NCBI RefSeq assembly: GCF_964194155.1
Contig: NC_135902.1
Location: forward strand, 53,382,001 to 53,446,000
Direction: 5' to 3'
Length of the DNA stretch: 64,000 nt
Source: Cetorhinus maximus
Taxonomy: Eukaryota
The translations under genes and the position numbers were made by a program. Of this stretch, positions 1-13,819 are shown piece after piece; positions within the stretch are counted from its first letter, which is position 1, and each line of letters starts with the position of its first letter. The notes beneath the pieces were generated by a model. The model worked only from the letters and a program-made list of their open reading frames with translations, ran no database searches and was not told where the DNA came from.

Positions 1-149
1 CTTTTAATTCTGTCCCTCTAGAAATGAACCCCAGTGCTTGGTTTGCTTTTTTTCCTAATGGCCTTATTAATCTCATTGCTACTTTTAGTGTTTTGTATTC
101 TCTGTATCCCTGATTTATGTATCTTTACATATATCCTTCAATGACCTTG

Positions 150-320
150 GGTAAATATCCTGAAACTCCCTCCCTAACAATGCAGTGTGGGAGTAACTTC
201 ACTATCCTGACGGCAGTGGTTCAAGAACAACACTCTCTTCTCAAGAGCAACTAAGGATGGGCAATAAATGCTGATCTTGCAGGGAAGCTCACAACCCAAG
301 AATGAATAACAAATAAAAGT
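150..320 (+). mobile_element. 3' tail fragment of a CR1-clade LINE (family seen at 62921-64000)
   Basis: 'ggatgggcaataaatgctg...cccaagaatgaataa' tail, homologous to 1375-1575 and to the reverse complement of 62921-63060. Confidence 0.7.
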
Positions 321-1374
321 CGCTAGATTGAATATGAATATTAATCGGTGTATTTTATGTATGTGGATTTATTACAATTTGTGCTTTAAAATTCTAAGGA
401 TACTCCTAGTAATCAGAAACTTTACCACATCAATTTTATATCGCACACAAGTGCAGCAAGATATAATGCTCTAGTGATTCAACCAACCTTATGGTTGAAT
501 AATTTGGAGGCAGCGATTAGTCTATGCATTTATTTCATAAATCTTCATATATAAAGCAATTAAATGGGCTATTGGCCTCTCTGTGCAGTTGGTAAACAGT
601 ATTGTGCTGAAGCTGGCGGGAACTGTTTGAGAGGGCAGCAGAAATATCTTCTCTGACCCTCAACTTCACTCCAATGGGAGCATTGCTCAAATGGCCAAGT
701 CTGTGTGTGGAAATTGTGAATCCACTTCCTGCCACTCAGTTGCACATATGTGTCAATGTGCTATTATGCTGCTTAAATGGAAATTTTTAATGAAATATTC
801 AGTGAACCAAAGGCAATGTTTGCAACTGCAGTAAGTTTAATTAGCTCTGGGTGTTAAAATAAGATGGTACAAGCAGCAGTTTTCTTTTTAATTGTATAAT
901 ATTAAACTGTCCTGAGCTGGATATATAGTGAACGTGGAATGTCATTTTTTCAATTAAGTTCAGGTTTTGTACTATCATGCTTTAGCCAGTTTATCTTCAC
1001 CTAAGTTAAGTGGACATTCTTCAATAAAAATGTATTTTTTTTTTGCTTCCCTTTCCATTTTGCCTTTAAAGTTGGTATATGGTTTCCCAAGTGATCATTC
1101 TTCAGTGTGGCCACTGGTCAAGTATTTGACTATAGAGACCGTCACAATTGAGCCTGTACCTCAGCCAATATTCATGGTCTTGATACAAGGGAGATCAGAA
1201 GTCCTTCCTTAGGCTACCACCTAGCTAATATCAACTAACCCAGTAGAGGCTTCTTGGTCAGTGTGAGTCAGTATTGCCCCATGTGATGTATTTGCCTGTT
1301 TAATTAATGGAATAAACATGTGCCCTATTAAGTGCAGCTGCAGGTCAATGGTGCGCACACATCATCCTGACATG

Positions 1375-1575
1375 GAAATGTATTGCCTTCCCTTCATCGC
1401 TAGATCAAAATTCTGGAACTCCTTACCTCGCAGCACTGTGGGCATACCTACACCACATGGACTGCAGTAGTTCAAAAATGTGGCTCACCACCACCTTCTC
1501 AAGGGCAGTTAGGGTGGGTAATAAATGCTGATCTTCACGGTGAATCCCATGTCCCACAAAGGGATATTAAAAAAT
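1375..1575 (+). mobile_element. 3' tail fragment of the same CR1-clade LINE
   Basis: 'catggactgcagtagttcaa...ccaccttctcaagggcagttaggg...aataaatgctg' matches the reverse complement of 62940-63060. Confidence 0.75.
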
Positions 1576-2747
1576 GTGAATGAGAGCTTGTTGGTGCTTG
1601 GTTTTGTTTTGCTGCACTCAACTTTCCCTGCTGGCCTTGTGATGGGCTAACTCACAATGTCATTGAAGGTATCTGCCCACTGACTGGACCTGCTTGGTGA
1701 ACTACCATTTAAATTGCATATTCCTTGAAACAAAGAATGCAGGAGAGAGGAGAAGGGGAAATGAATAAGTTTTCAACTTTGTGCTGTTATTTGCAACTTT
1801 AATTCTTCGTACTATTTACCAATTGACCCTTAACATAATGGTATGTCTATTATATGAAAATCTGGATTGAGTAATTGACTTCTTTACATTGTCTACCCTT
1901 GATGGGGCAGCTGGATAGGCAGAATGTAAAATGGTTTTTCTCTTGTATGCCTACACATTTTGTGTGAGTGGAGGTTACATGTTTTGTGTGGTTGGATATA
2001 CAATTTCTAGTTTTTTTAAATAAAATAATACTGTCTGTAAAGAATGACTTAATCTGGAAGATTTGGTCCTGAGTCTATCATCATCTATATTGTCTTACAT
2101 TTGAATTGGCACTGAGATAGAATTTGACCTGATTTCATTTCAGCTGGCTTAAATTTTGAACCTATAATTCAGGGACACAAGTTTAAGAAGTTGGTAAAAA
2201 TCAAAAAACTGCTCGATTTAATCCCCAAGATATACTAAATTAACTGATTCCAGTTGGCGCACAGGAGAGTTTGTATAATTGACCTCAGAACTCCGATGTT
2301 AGGTAGGAGAATATTGACCTGGATTCCTCCTCCTGTTCATCCAGCAGTCTTTTCTGAAAGTGCAATTCGTTACGAAGACAAGACTATGATCATCTCTATG
2401 GCAAAACAGCTTGCTAACACTCACTGTTGAGGCTTGCACATGCATGATGACTGTATGAGTGAGCTAACAGAGAGCTTTCAAAACTATGGAACTATACCAT
2501 AGTGACTTCAAAAGGAGAGGAGAGAAAGCTATTGATAAAGGTAAAAAAATGCAAGTTAGAAAGAAGAAGAAAGGTGAGATGGACTTGCTCAAGGGCAATT
2601 TGAGATGGACAATAAAAGCTGGCCTTGCCAGCAACGCTTATCCCAAGAACGAATAAACAAACACCAGAGAGTAACAGTTAAAGAGTAGCTTACCAATGAA
2701 GATCAGTGACGTGGACAGTATCATTCACATTATAACACTTTACATAT

Positions 2748-2806
2748 GGTGGGGTGAGGGTTGGGGTTGGGGGGGGGGGTGGGGATGGTGGGGGGTGTTG
2801 GGGGGA
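2748..2806 (+). repeat. G-rich tract, potential G-quadruplex
   Basis: At least 7 runs of GGG or longer within 60 bp. Confidence 0.6.
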
Positions 2807-4525
2807 GCCTGATGCTTGGGCAACTCAGGGTTTCCATGCTATCTGCCCAGACCTGCACCCTGGAGAGGACACTCCAGGCTCACGGTTTACATTGTCATAA
2901 AATTAGAAGAACTAGTTACTGGTTATAAGCTCTCACTTGATTGGCGTAGACCTTGAGTGCCAGGGATTACTTCCAACGGTGGGAGAGAGCATCACACCTC
3001 ACTGGCTAGCTAACGCCTGCCTCAGGCTGGGCAGCCCTTATCAGCTAGGTGCTGTTCTGCCATGGCCTGCTTGCTTAGTGGATGCTGGAGCTTAGAGAGT
3101 CATCTCTCAACAGGTGGATTCCTAATCTATATAGCAGGCAAGACTAACTCAACAAAAGGTCCTTTCACAGAAGAAGTGCTGTGAACAGCGCAGCGCAGAC
3201 CTTGTCAGCTGAGGCAGACTCTTTAAACTACTGCGGAAAATAGGCTGCCCGCCTGAATCCTGGGGGTCATTCCTTCTTTCCACAAGAACGTGCACACAGT
3301 TTTGTCAGTTACAGTGGAGCATATCTTTGTCTTTCAAGATCAGCAGCGGGATAAAGCAAGGCTGTATCCTGCTGCCAACTGTCTTTTGCATATTTTCCTC
3401 CATGCTGCTATTGAACGCTTTTGGCGATTCAAATGAGGATGTCTACCTGCATGCCAGAGCCGACAGCAAGCTGTTCAACTTGGCAAGACTGCGTGCCAAA
3501 ACCAAAGTGCGTAATGCCCTAGTTTGTGAGTTGTTGTTTGCTGATGACGTTGCACTGGTATCCCATACTGAAGTTCACTTGCAACTCCTTGTAGATTGGT
3601 TCTCCCGGGCCTTCAGGGAGTTTGGACTGACAAAGTTACGGGCCAGAATGTAGAGAATCCGTCTTCCATCAACATTGACAACCTCACTCTGGAGATCTTT
3701 GATAGCTTCACATACTTTGGATCAACAATTACCAGCGGCCTGTCCCTTGATGCCAAAATCAGCACCAGGATTGCCAAGGCTGTAGCTGTCATGTTAAAGT
3801 TCAGAAGTCAAGTGTGGGCCAACAGCAAACTAATGGAAAATACAAAGCTCCATGTATACCAGGATTGTGTTCTCAGCACCCCCTCTTTATAGTAGCGAGG
3901 CATGGACAATTTATGCAGGTTAAGAAAAGTACCTGAATATCTTTCACCTCCACTCTTCGGAGGAATATTGAGTATCTTCTGGCAAGACTGAATGATGAAT
4001 ATGGAAGTACATGGAAATATACCAGTGTGCAGGGATCCCCAGCATGGTTGCCTTCTTGAGTCAGCGGCGACTCCTTTGGCTGGGCCATGTGAATTGAATG
4101 GATGATAGCCGCATCCTTAAACACCTGCTGTGTAGTGAGCTTGCTATTGGCACAAGACCAACAGACAGGTCATCCACGTCAGTGATACAAGGATGCCTGT
4201 AAGCGAGACTTCAAATTGACCGGGATTGGAAACAATGCATGGGAAGTCCTTGCAGCTGAGCAGAGTGCCTGGGGATGAGCAGTCCAGAAGGCGTGGAAAG
4301 AGCAGAGGACAAAAGAAATATCCAGATGCGGAAAACAGAGCCCACAGGAAGGAAAAAACTCACTCTCCCTCGGGCCAACATTATTCATCTATGCCAGCTG
4401 CAGAAGGGACTGCCACCCACAAGTCGGCCACTACTGCCACAACAGACGATGTTCAATACAGTAGTGACACACACCCTGGGCGCATACCATCATCCCCCAA
4501 GATGGATGGATGCTAATAGATAGAA
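2807..4525 (+). mobile_element. Decayed RTE-clade LINE (RT plus C-terminal Zn finger; endonuclease not detected)
   Basis: Broken frames: LFKLLRKIGCPP, SGIKQGCILLP, LLFADDVALVSH, FTYFGSTI. C-terminal CRRDCHPQVGHYCHNRRC near 4395-4452. RTE-type 3' end 'ccatcatcccccaagatggatggatgc'. Confidence 0.88.
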
Positions 4526-6459
4526 GAGCAGAGGGTTTGAACAAGAGCGTCGAACTAGACGGGACTGTAGAGGTAGAGTTATTCACTTGTTGGGCTTGAT
4601 GGTCTTTTCCTGCAATCTTTGTGTTCTTTATTTCCAAGTGAATGAATTTGGAATCTCAACTTGGTTACAGTTTACCTTTTATTATTTTTCTCTCTCCCAC
4701 TCTCATCACCTCATGTCCGGCTCCCCTTGTGGGGTTGCAGATACTGCAGCCTGCACTGCGGAGACTGAACCATCCTTTGTTATTAATAGATAAATTCCTG
4801 ACTTCTCTGTTACCTTGAAGTGTTTTTAGCATTTTGAAGTTAACTACCAATGAGATATGTAAATAGTATGTGTGAAAATGTACATTGATGAAATGGCTTG
4901 TAGCAAGGGAGTTGTTGTAAACATTGTGCTGATACAACCATTTGAATGCTAATGTTTGAATACAAGAAAACAAGTTTTAACACATGAGCAAGCATCTCCG
5001 CTGGGTCTTTCTGATAAATTTATTTGTTCTATTTTGCTCAGCCAGGGACTCCTTTAATATGCGGTGTGTAGAAAAATGTTGAAATTAATAAATTCAAGTG
5101 AAACCTGTTTGTAGTGACCACCTGTTGGGATTGACTGAAGGTGTTCCACTAATAGCTGAATGTATCTATCTGCATGGGTAATCTTGGGACTAACTCAGTT
5201 TGCTTTTCTGAATACTGAACAAGAGATCCTCAATTCAATTATCATTTTTCTGGGTGTAAAGGTTGTACCTTATTCTAACTTCCAAGTCTCTTTTTTTTGT
5301 TTTCTCCTCTCCTACAGCTGTTCGGAGTCCTTGTCCAATTCTACGGTTGCCCGTTACCCTGGGTACTTCACTTAGCCTAGTAAGCAAACATCAGAGGCCA
5401 TTTTGATTGCAGAAGGTGTCATAGCTGGGCCCAAACTTGTTTTCAAAAGCAACCAATGCAATTTGTGCACAGGCGAAGTGAATATTTGCAAAATATTTCC
5501 AACACAGTCAGAAATGGTTTGCTAGACACATTTTGGTTGCACCCAAAATCTCAGCAGTACCCTTGCCATTTTGGGGAGATCAGCAGTGCAAGCATTAGGA
5601 GTGTGCACTGCAAGTGTACCCATTAGGTAGACCGTGACATCAGTCACCATATTACACTGATTTGAAAGCAGCGCTGCCATTTTTCACCTCGCCACTCCAC
5701 CTAACACCCAAGTTTTCGAGTCTTATTCAAATTTTCCCTTTTATCCTATTTGAATTTGAACTGTAGTAGAACTTCCAATGGTACACAGTATTGATTACAA
5801 ATGTAGGTTTGTGCCTCAAGTCTGTTTTGGGTTCCGCTTTCAACAACAATTGCCTAGCTTATAAAATATCCAGAAATTGAAAGTGCCAGGGGATGGCAGC
5901 TGCCCGCCACTTGGATGCCCAAGGCTTGCTGGGCGCCATTTTCACACAGTCCTTTAAATGGGTGCCCAGCAACCTTCCTGAAACTGGCAGGAAGCTGCGT
6001 GTATATACGAATCTAGGCCTGATGCTGTTTCTAGGGATCCATTTGGTTTTTTTTTCCAAGTACAAATGGACATGTGTACCAAGGGGTAAGCTGCCTAAAC
6101 CAGCAGCCCTCAAAGGCTGAATACGACAATCAAATCTGACCTGGAACATATTCGTGGGGCCAGGAGGAGACCCAGTGCTTCTCCTACTCCCAGGAAAAAT
6201 ACTGCAGCCCACTGCAGGCTAGGCTGTCCTCTCCGCTGCAGTATTTTTTTCTGCTTTCCTCTTAGTTGACATGCTGGTTGAGCATTGGATAGCACGTCAA
6301 CTGAATTGTAATGAAACCTGAACGTGCTGAATGGTTCGGGCAGGCACAGCAAATTCACTGCTGACTCGGAGTCTGTTTTGGGTGTCTGTTTAAAGTTGCC
6401 CCTCATCCCTGTTACGTTTAAGTGACAAGCCTGTCATTGTGCGTGCAATTTGAGTATTA

Positions 6460-6660
6460 TATTGCCTGAGGGGGTGGTGGAGGCAGATTCAATATTGACT
6501 TTCAAAAGAGAATTGAATCATTATCTGAAGAGAAAAATTTTGCAGGGCTACAGAGACAAGGCAGGGGAGCGGCACGAGGTAAATTGTTCTTGCAAAGAGC
6601 TGGTACAGACATGATGGGCCGGATGGCCTCCTTCTGTACTGTAACCGTTCTATGATCCTC
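6460..6660 (+). mobile_element. CR1 LINE 3' end
   Basis: 'tgcctgagggggtggtggaggcagattca...gatgggccggatggcctccttctgtactgtaaccgttctatgat'. Confidence 0.8.
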
Positions 6661-7114
6661 ACTTTAAACCCCTTTTCTCCCTTTGTGTGTTGACATCACA
6701 CAATATAATTATACTAGCAGCATCTCCATCTGCCCTGTTTTCTGCAGTTGACTTGATTGTGTAGTGTATAGGTTAATTTTAAACCCCAAGAAAGCCTTCG
6801 CCTTTAAATTTCCTGTACTGAAACTCACAGTGGTAATATGTAGCAGTGTGTGTGAATGTATTCTAAATAAAATCCCTAACATTTGCAGGATGATGCAGAT
6901 CTTTAATTGATCCTTAAACCTCTTTTTCTATTGATCTGAAAAGTACTTTATTCAAATTCTTCCATTTCACCTGCAGCTGTATTGAAGATGGGGTGTGCAG
7001 ACATCACACTGTTACGATGCCAAACAGCCTTCAAAAATAAAGTGCTCTGAGCTGCAGCCTGTAATCAAACAGCACATTCCAATTTGTAGCTCCCAAATCA
7101 AAAAAAAGAAATAC

Positions 7115-7300
7115 CAACTATTGTATTCCACCTTTCATGAGCTCTGCGCATCCTAAAGCGTTTTACAGCCAATGAAGTGCTTTTGAAATATACTTGCTGT
7201 TGAAATGTAGGAAATGCGGAAGCTGATTTTATGCACAGCAAGCTCCCATAAACAATAACGTGATAAATGACCACATTATCTTTTTTAGTGATGCTGGTTG
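7115..7300 (-). mobile_element. Deu-domain SINE (SacSINE1-like) 3' part
   Basis: 'aaagcgttttacagccaatgaagtgcttttgaa...gcacagcaagctccca...ataatgacca', homologous to 49561-50003. Confidence 0.75.
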
Positions 7301-7545
7301 AATCATTTATCATGCATTATATGATATAATGTTCTTTTTTTGTACAATTTTACAGTTCCGACTTACCAGGAGCAGTGTCATACAATATTAAAAATAACAA
7401 ACAGTGGTCAGAACAGGGGACAATGTGGGCGCAGAAATGTTTTTCTTTGGTTTCCAATTGTTTTTGGTTCAGTTAAGCTATAAAATTATATTGGCCCTTT
7501 TAATAGATGGAGCTCGCTGTGCTCTGTGGATTAGAGAGAATGTTT

Positions 7546-8456
7546 GGGCTAGATTTTCATTGAGTTGGGAAGCCTTGGTAGACCTTTAAAAATGGCAGGC
7601 AGGAATTGGATGTACGAGTCCTACCCTTTTTCCTGACACATCCAATTTTTGCCAGCAAGGGGAAGGAGGTGGGGTATGAATCACAGACAGGACACCCAAA
7701 CTCAAGGCCATTTGAACTTAGTGTTGAGTTCAAGCAGACACAATTTTGGCTTTTGCAAGGGCCTTAAGCAGCAGTGTGGGCATCATAAATTGATGAATTA
7801 GATGTAAATGCTCTTGAAGAGTGGCTAGGGCCTGTTTAAGTGTCATGATATGAAGTGTTTTAAATCCTTGCTGTTTAAACATGAAAAAGCACACTTAAGC
7901 TGTCAGTGAGAGTTTAAAAAAAGCTGTTGGACTGCTTTGATTGACAGGCCATCTGTAGAAGTTAGAAAAAAATACACCTGGCAGTGCTGTTTCAATAGAG
8001 GCCTTTCACATTTCCCCAAGGGCTATTATTACTATTACTATTATTATGAATGCTTGGCTGAACTTCAAAAGCTACCATTATCTCAGTGGGTGCTCTGAGT
8101 TAGCAGTTTGACAGTTTAAAGAGGCTATTAAAGGATTAGCTGTGTTTGTGGGGTCTGAATAGAAGTTAGTTTGTTTTTATAAGGGATTAGCCACTTGAGA
8201 TTTAAAAGTTTTCAATTCTGGAATGGGAGGATTTTTTCACTATCAAGTGTGTATGAGTACGAGCTGCGTAAGATTTTTTTTTCATCTCCACATAGCCACT
8301 GAGGTCTTCTCATGATGGATGCTGGGTGAGTGGAAGTGACATGGGAGTATAAGGGGGCACTTGAGTGGCATAGAGGTTCTTTAAACAGATGCAGGTCTGC
8401 TGAGTTAGGAAATTTCCTGACTCGAGCTACCTACCTTGGTAGTGAAAATCCGGCCC
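7546..8456. mobile_element. Non-autonomous TIR element (Harbinger-like MITE)
   Basis: Terminal inverted repeats gggctagattttca (7546-7559) and tgaaaatccggccc (8443-8456), 12/14 match. Confidence 0.6.
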
Positions 8457-8709
8457 TTGATTTCTGTATCTCTGACTGCTGTATTACAAATGTGTTGGGA
8501 ACCTATCAGTCTGACGCTCATCACGAATGCTTTGTTGAGTGCACTAAATAGGAATAGGTTCAGGCAGCATTTTGCTACCAGTTCTGTGATTATATGTTTT
8601 TACCCAGCAAAGTAATGGATCACAGAACTGTTTCTATACAGGGTTTAAAAGCTTTCTAATGTATTGAGTGGCACATCCAAAAGGTTACAGTGCAGGCACT
8701 TAGAAAAAC

Positions 8710-9142
8710 CACCAACAATAACAGCAAAAACTTGCATTTATATTGCATCTTTAATGTGGTAACACCCCCAAGGTGCTTCACAGGAGAAATTACCAACCAA
8801 GATTTGTCACTGAGGTGCATAAGAAGATACTAGTGCAAATGACCAAAAGCTTGATCAAGGAGGTAGGCTTTAAGGAGCGCCTCAAAGGAGGAAGGAGAAG
8901 CAGAGAGATGGAGAAATTTAGGAAGGAAATTCCAGCCCAGGCAGCTGAAAGCTGCCAATGGTGAAGCGATTAAAATTGGGGATGTGCTTTATGCCAGAGT
9001 TGGAGGAATGCAGATACCTTGGAGGGTTGTAGCTGAAGTAGGTAACAGAAGTTGGAAGGATAAGGCCATGGAGGGAATTGAAAGTAAGGATGAGAGTTTT
9101 AAAATCAAGGAATTGCTCCACCAGAAGTCGATGTAGAGGCAA
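8710..9142 (-). mobile_element. L2 LINE 3' fragment
   Basis: Minus ORF LHRLLVEQFLDFKTLILTFNSLHGL resembles the L2 ORF2 C-terminal LHWLP..RIxFKIL motif; homologous to 27730-28060. Confidence 0.75.
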
Positions 9143-9535
9143 ACAATTAGCCTGTCTCTAGAAATGTTGAGATTGTATTAAATTAGAACTGGCTTTTCAC
9201 TTGAACATAAGAACATAAGAGATAGGAACAAGAGTGGGCCATTTGGCGTCTCGAGCGTGCTCCACCATTCAATTAGATCATGGCTAACCTGATCGTGGCC
9301 TTAACTCCACTTTCTTGCCTGCCCCCAGTAGCCCTCAACTCCCTTGAAGATCAAAAATCTGTCTAACTTAGCCTTGAACATATTCAATGGCACAGCCTCC
9401 ACTCCTCTGTGGTGTTAGAGGATTCCAACAATTAATAATCCATAGATTTCTCCTCATCTCCATCTTCAACGGGGGCCCCTTCTTATGAAACTGTGCTCCC
9501 CAGTTCTAGATTCGCCCACAAAGAGAAACATCTTA

Positions 9536-9705
9536 GATAAAAGCAAAATACTGCGGATGCTGGAAATCTAGAACAAAAACAAAAATACCTGGAAAAACTC
9601 AAATGAGTTCTGATGAAGAGTCATTCGGACTCGAAACGTTAACTGTATCTCTCTCCGCAGATGCTGTCAGACCTGCTGAGTTTTTCCAGGTATTTTTGTT
9701 TTTAT
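9536..9705. mobile_element. Penelope-derived fold-back insert with hammerhead
   Basis: Inverted arms 'aacaaaaatacctggaaaaactca' and 'tgagtttttccaggtatttttgtt', homologous to the Penelope terminus at 60036-60138. Confidence 0.85.
9606..9644 (+). ncRNA. Minimal type-I hammerhead ribozyme (subtype A)
   Basis: AGTT-CTGATGA-A-GAGTC-attcg-GACTC-GAAA-cg-TT-AACT: canonical core, 5-bp stem II, stem I AGTT/AACT. Confidence 0.85.
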
Positions 9706-9799
9706 TCTCACGTCTTACCCTGTCAAGCCCCCTCAGAACCTGATATGTTTGAATAAAATTTCTTATCTCCATTCAAACTCGATCTTCCAAGCCAAATCG

Positions 9800-10195
9800 T
9801 TATTTTTTCTTACATGGGATGTCGCTGGCAAGACCAGCAATTGTTGCCCATCCCTAATTGCCCTTGAACTGAGTGGCTTTCCACACCATTGCAGGGGCCC
9901 GTTAAGAATCAACCACACGGCTGTGGGTCTGGAGTCACATGTAGGCCAGACCAGTTAAGGATAGCAGATTTCTTTCTATAAAGGACGTTAGTGAACCAGA
10001 TGGGTTTTTATGCCAATTGACAATGGTTTCATGGTGACCATCACTGAGAATAGCTTTTCAATTCCAGATTATTACTTGAATTCAAATTCCACCGGCTGCC
10101 ATGGTGGGATTTGAACACCCCCTAATGTTCCCAGAACACTAGCCTGGGCCTCTGGATTACTAATCCAGCAGCATTACTACTATGCCACCATCTTC
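9800..10195 (-). mobile_element. tRNA-derived SINE with CR1-type LINE tail
   Basis: Reverse-complement homolog of 43403-43735; B-box 'gggatttgaac'. Confidence 0.8.
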
Positions 10196-10519
10196 TTATT
10201 ACTATACTGATCTCATCCTTTATTAATTGAGCTATCCACCTCCTTTTCGTTTCAAACCTTTTGAAATGTCAAATACCCGTGAATATTCACTTCCCAGCCT
10301 TAGCCACCTTGAAACCACATCTCTGCAATTGGAGATGAATTGCCAACTTGATTGAAGCTGTAATGATTTGATACAATATTTAAAGTATTTTCTTGAACTC
10401 GGGTATAAATGAATGGGAAATTGTTAACCGCAAGCAATTTTTTGAAACTTACATTTTTCCTCATATTTGTCATTGGTATCCTGTCCTTCTGCTCGTGCCC
10501 TCTCAGGTTGAAATATAAA

Positions 10520-11380
10520 GCCGTAAGTAGCAGGGCATCAGTGAGAGAGACGCCTGATGGATATAAAGATGGGATACCAAATGGCGGACGGCGAGTTTTG
10601 AACCTTTGTTCTGCTGATGACATTATTCTGCTTGCTATCTCAGTGGAGGAGCAACAGGAGTTGGTGGATCGTCTCTATCAAGTTAACCAGAAATACAGTC
10701 CTCTGATAAATGTGGACAAGACAGAAGTGATGGGGTGGGTGGAAAGACCTGCAAGATTCTGAGTAACGGAGTTCAGCTTGAACAAGTTGATAACTTCTGC
10801 TCTCTTGGATCACTCATCATGGAAAATACACAGTCTACAAAAGAAATTTGGGCTAGACTTAACAACGGTCCTGGCATTGCGAACTCACTTAAAAGAGTAT
10901 GGAGTAGCCACAGCATCTTGATTACAACGAAAATGTGTCTTCTGAAAATTCTTGTGTGGCCGGAGTATGGCTGTGAAAGCTGGACCGTCAAGAAAAGTGA
11001 CAAGGCTCGAATAAGAGCATTTGAAATGAGAGGACTCAGACGGATGTTATGTGTATTATGGACAAACGATTGGGTGCTCGAGAAAGCTGGTGTCAAGAGG
11101 AACCTGCTTGAGGCAGTGATATCAAGGAAGCTCACGTATTTTGGACATGGGATACAGACAGAAGGGGAGTGTTTGGAAAAAGAGGTAACACAAGGCAAAA
11201 CACCTGGAAAACGTGCAACAGGAAGACCCAAGATGGCGTGGATGGATAAAATCAGAATGTGGACTGGCCTATGCATGGAACAGGCAGCGAGGAGAGCAGA
11301 GAATAAAAATCAGTGGAGAAAGATTATTGATAGTATGGCCAACCCTCGATTGAGGACGGATGAGAAACAAGATGAAACAA
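10520..11380 (+). mobile_element. 5'-truncated RTE-clade LINE (RT C-terminal part)
   Basis: ADDIILLA, then the ORF at 10735 with YGCESWT..K..RIRAFEMRGLRRML, RKLTYFGH and GRPKMAWMD; ends in 'gaaacaagatgaaacaag'. Confidence 0.88.
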
Positions 11381-13819
11381 GCAGAGACTCTTGGCTGGAG
11401 TTTCCATTGGCACTAGCCCTTGGAACCTCCTTGTTTTTTGTCATTCTTCATTCATTAGCCCGAACATTGTAGTGTGCTAACCTGCCTCCACACAGAACAC
11501 ACAGAACAAACGGGAGCTCTTGCTGATATTTTGTTAATTTTTTATCTTTTGGTTACATATTATCCTTTGCCTGCTGTTGCACTGATTGAAAAGACAGGAG
11601 GTAACAAAATGTCACATCTCAGGTTGCAGCTTGCTAACCAGTATTTGCTGCCGAAAATCTGTGTGTGTCAGGCTCTAGGTCAGGATATGGACCAACCCTG
11701 ACTACAATCTGGTATCACCTCCTCCAGACTGAAAGTATAAATGTCTATAATATATATATAGATTTTTTTTTGGACGAGTGCAGTTGCATGACTGCTAGTG
11801 GCTCTCTGGTCTCTCATTCAATATAATGTAATGTGTAAGCCTGGACATTGTTGTTGGTCCACTATTTGACCAAGACAGACACTTGCACTCAGATCTCTTA
11901 CCAGGAGTGACAATGGTTTTCACTCCCCAGCCCAGAGACATTGAAGCCAACTGAACATCTCATTTCCGCATTGCTGCTCAGTGATGGAACCTGGGTCCGT
12001 ATTACAATATGTGGTGCATTTACCCACCAGGGATTTCGAAGTATCCTTTTGTACTAAGCTTTTTTTTATTGTGAGCAAGTTTAAGCGTTAATGTTGAAGC
12101 AAGTTCCAAACTACCCTTGATCACATGAAAGCCCCATAGATTTTCTTCAGAAGGTACAAAATGTTATCAATAAAAATTACATGTGCCAGCTAAATGTAAT
12201 GATTCTCTGTTGAATGATTTGAAAGGCAGTCTTTCATTGTATAGCCTTGTGTATTGTCTGGCATTGGGTTCATTGGACGTAACAATAAGCACAGATGCAA
12301 GTTTTGTACAATGTGTGCTTATCTGACATCATTCATCAGTGCTGGGAGAAATATGATGATCATCTGTGGCTTCAGTTCCTTGAAGTTTGTAAGAATTCTA
12401 AAATGCATGTTTTTTTCTGCTAAGTTTCCTTTGCTGATTTTCTCACTTTCCCCCTTAAAGCACAAAGAAAACCATAGTTGAGGGGGGCCATTCAGCCCAT
12501 CCTTCCATGGTAACACAATCTTCAGCACAGCATTTAACAGGCTGTTGAGTTTTTGTTATTCCACTCTCAAAACCATTCTAAGGATTGAAAATTATTGTTT
12601 TCTGACATCACTCTTTTACCAGTTTGTAACCATATCCTGTCACCCTATGGTTCTCATTTAACTTAAAATGATGCTTGGGATCTATCTTCTCGATTCTAAA
12701 TATTTTATGATAGGGTATTATATTATATGATGTTTCTTTATCAACTCAAAAGAAAGCAACAACTCTTCTAACTATCTGTCAGCGTGAGGTTGTGAAAGGT
12801 GCCACATTAATGCAAGGTGTTTTTTTATGATTTATAACTCAGTCCACTGGTGCTGGACACCAGCCTTGTGATCCTTCTCTGCATCTGGCTGGAAGTGGTT
12901 CCATGGACGAAATGGCCATTATTAATGTGAATGGCAGTAGGCTGTATGAAAGTGAGGGACACCAAAGTGAGGCCTGATTATGCTTTCGCCACAGTGTGAA
13001 CTTCCAGAAAAGTTATCAGGAGGAGAACCACGCATCTCTTTTCTCATCACAAATCTGGTGGTGCTGTGGTCATACCCCCATTACTGGTTGAGAACACCCC
13101 ATTTGGCACACATTGGGGGATTGAATCTGGAATTTTCCTTTCTGTGGCTTGTAGTCATGGCCTTGGCAAGCTGAGCTGTCAAGAGGGGCATTAAAATGCA
13201 GTTTTAATAAGAAAGCTTCATTGACCTAGAGAACAGAAATCACTGTCTACTTAGGAACTATAAAGTTGAAATATTATGTGGGTGCATGCAATTGAGGTTC
13301 TAATTAAATGTCACAATCTGCAGATTAAGATAATTTATGTCTGAACTTTGCCAATATTTCCTTAAACATATTGAAAGATTGCTTTTTTGACCTCGCTTAA
13401 AGAGTTGCCACCTCTTGTTGAAAAACAATAATTTCTGTAATTGGAGTGGGTGTGCTGAAACAGAGTCTGTGATTCATCTTCATGTTTGCGATGCATACAA
13501 GGCAAGTAGCTGGCTACATTGGGACGAGAGGGATGTTTATTTCCTTGCTGGTGCTCTGCTTAAAGCCACCTGCATTCTTTGGAGTTGTTTATTTCACAAA
13601 GTAGTCTCACTGCGTTACTTCAGGTGAGAATATTAGATAACCGAGAATGATGAGTGAATTCTTCCAGTCCTTCACACTTTTTAGCAGGAATCTGGGGATT
13701 GTGGTCAGAAGTATGGACCCTGTTGTTTTTTAATTTCCTACCTTGCGAGCTGAGCCTAGGACCACCAACCTCTGCCAGCCTCTGGCTAAACTTAGTAAAC
13801 TTGATGTAAGAGTAATGGT

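Larger units (their letters stand above)
9203..9780 (-). mobile_element. CR1 LINE 3' fragment split by a Penelope-derived insert
   Basis: 'aacataagaacataaga' tail repeat and CR1 3' body; resumes after 9705 ('ccctgtcaagccccctcagaa'). Confidence 0.8.

Noticed and set aside
6978-7050. Acceptor followed by a short ORF MGCADITLLRCQTAFKNKVL
   Set aside because: No donor site or recognisable homology; consistent with chance
10773-11276. 167-aa minus-strand ORF
   Set aside because: Antisense shadow of the RTE RT frame
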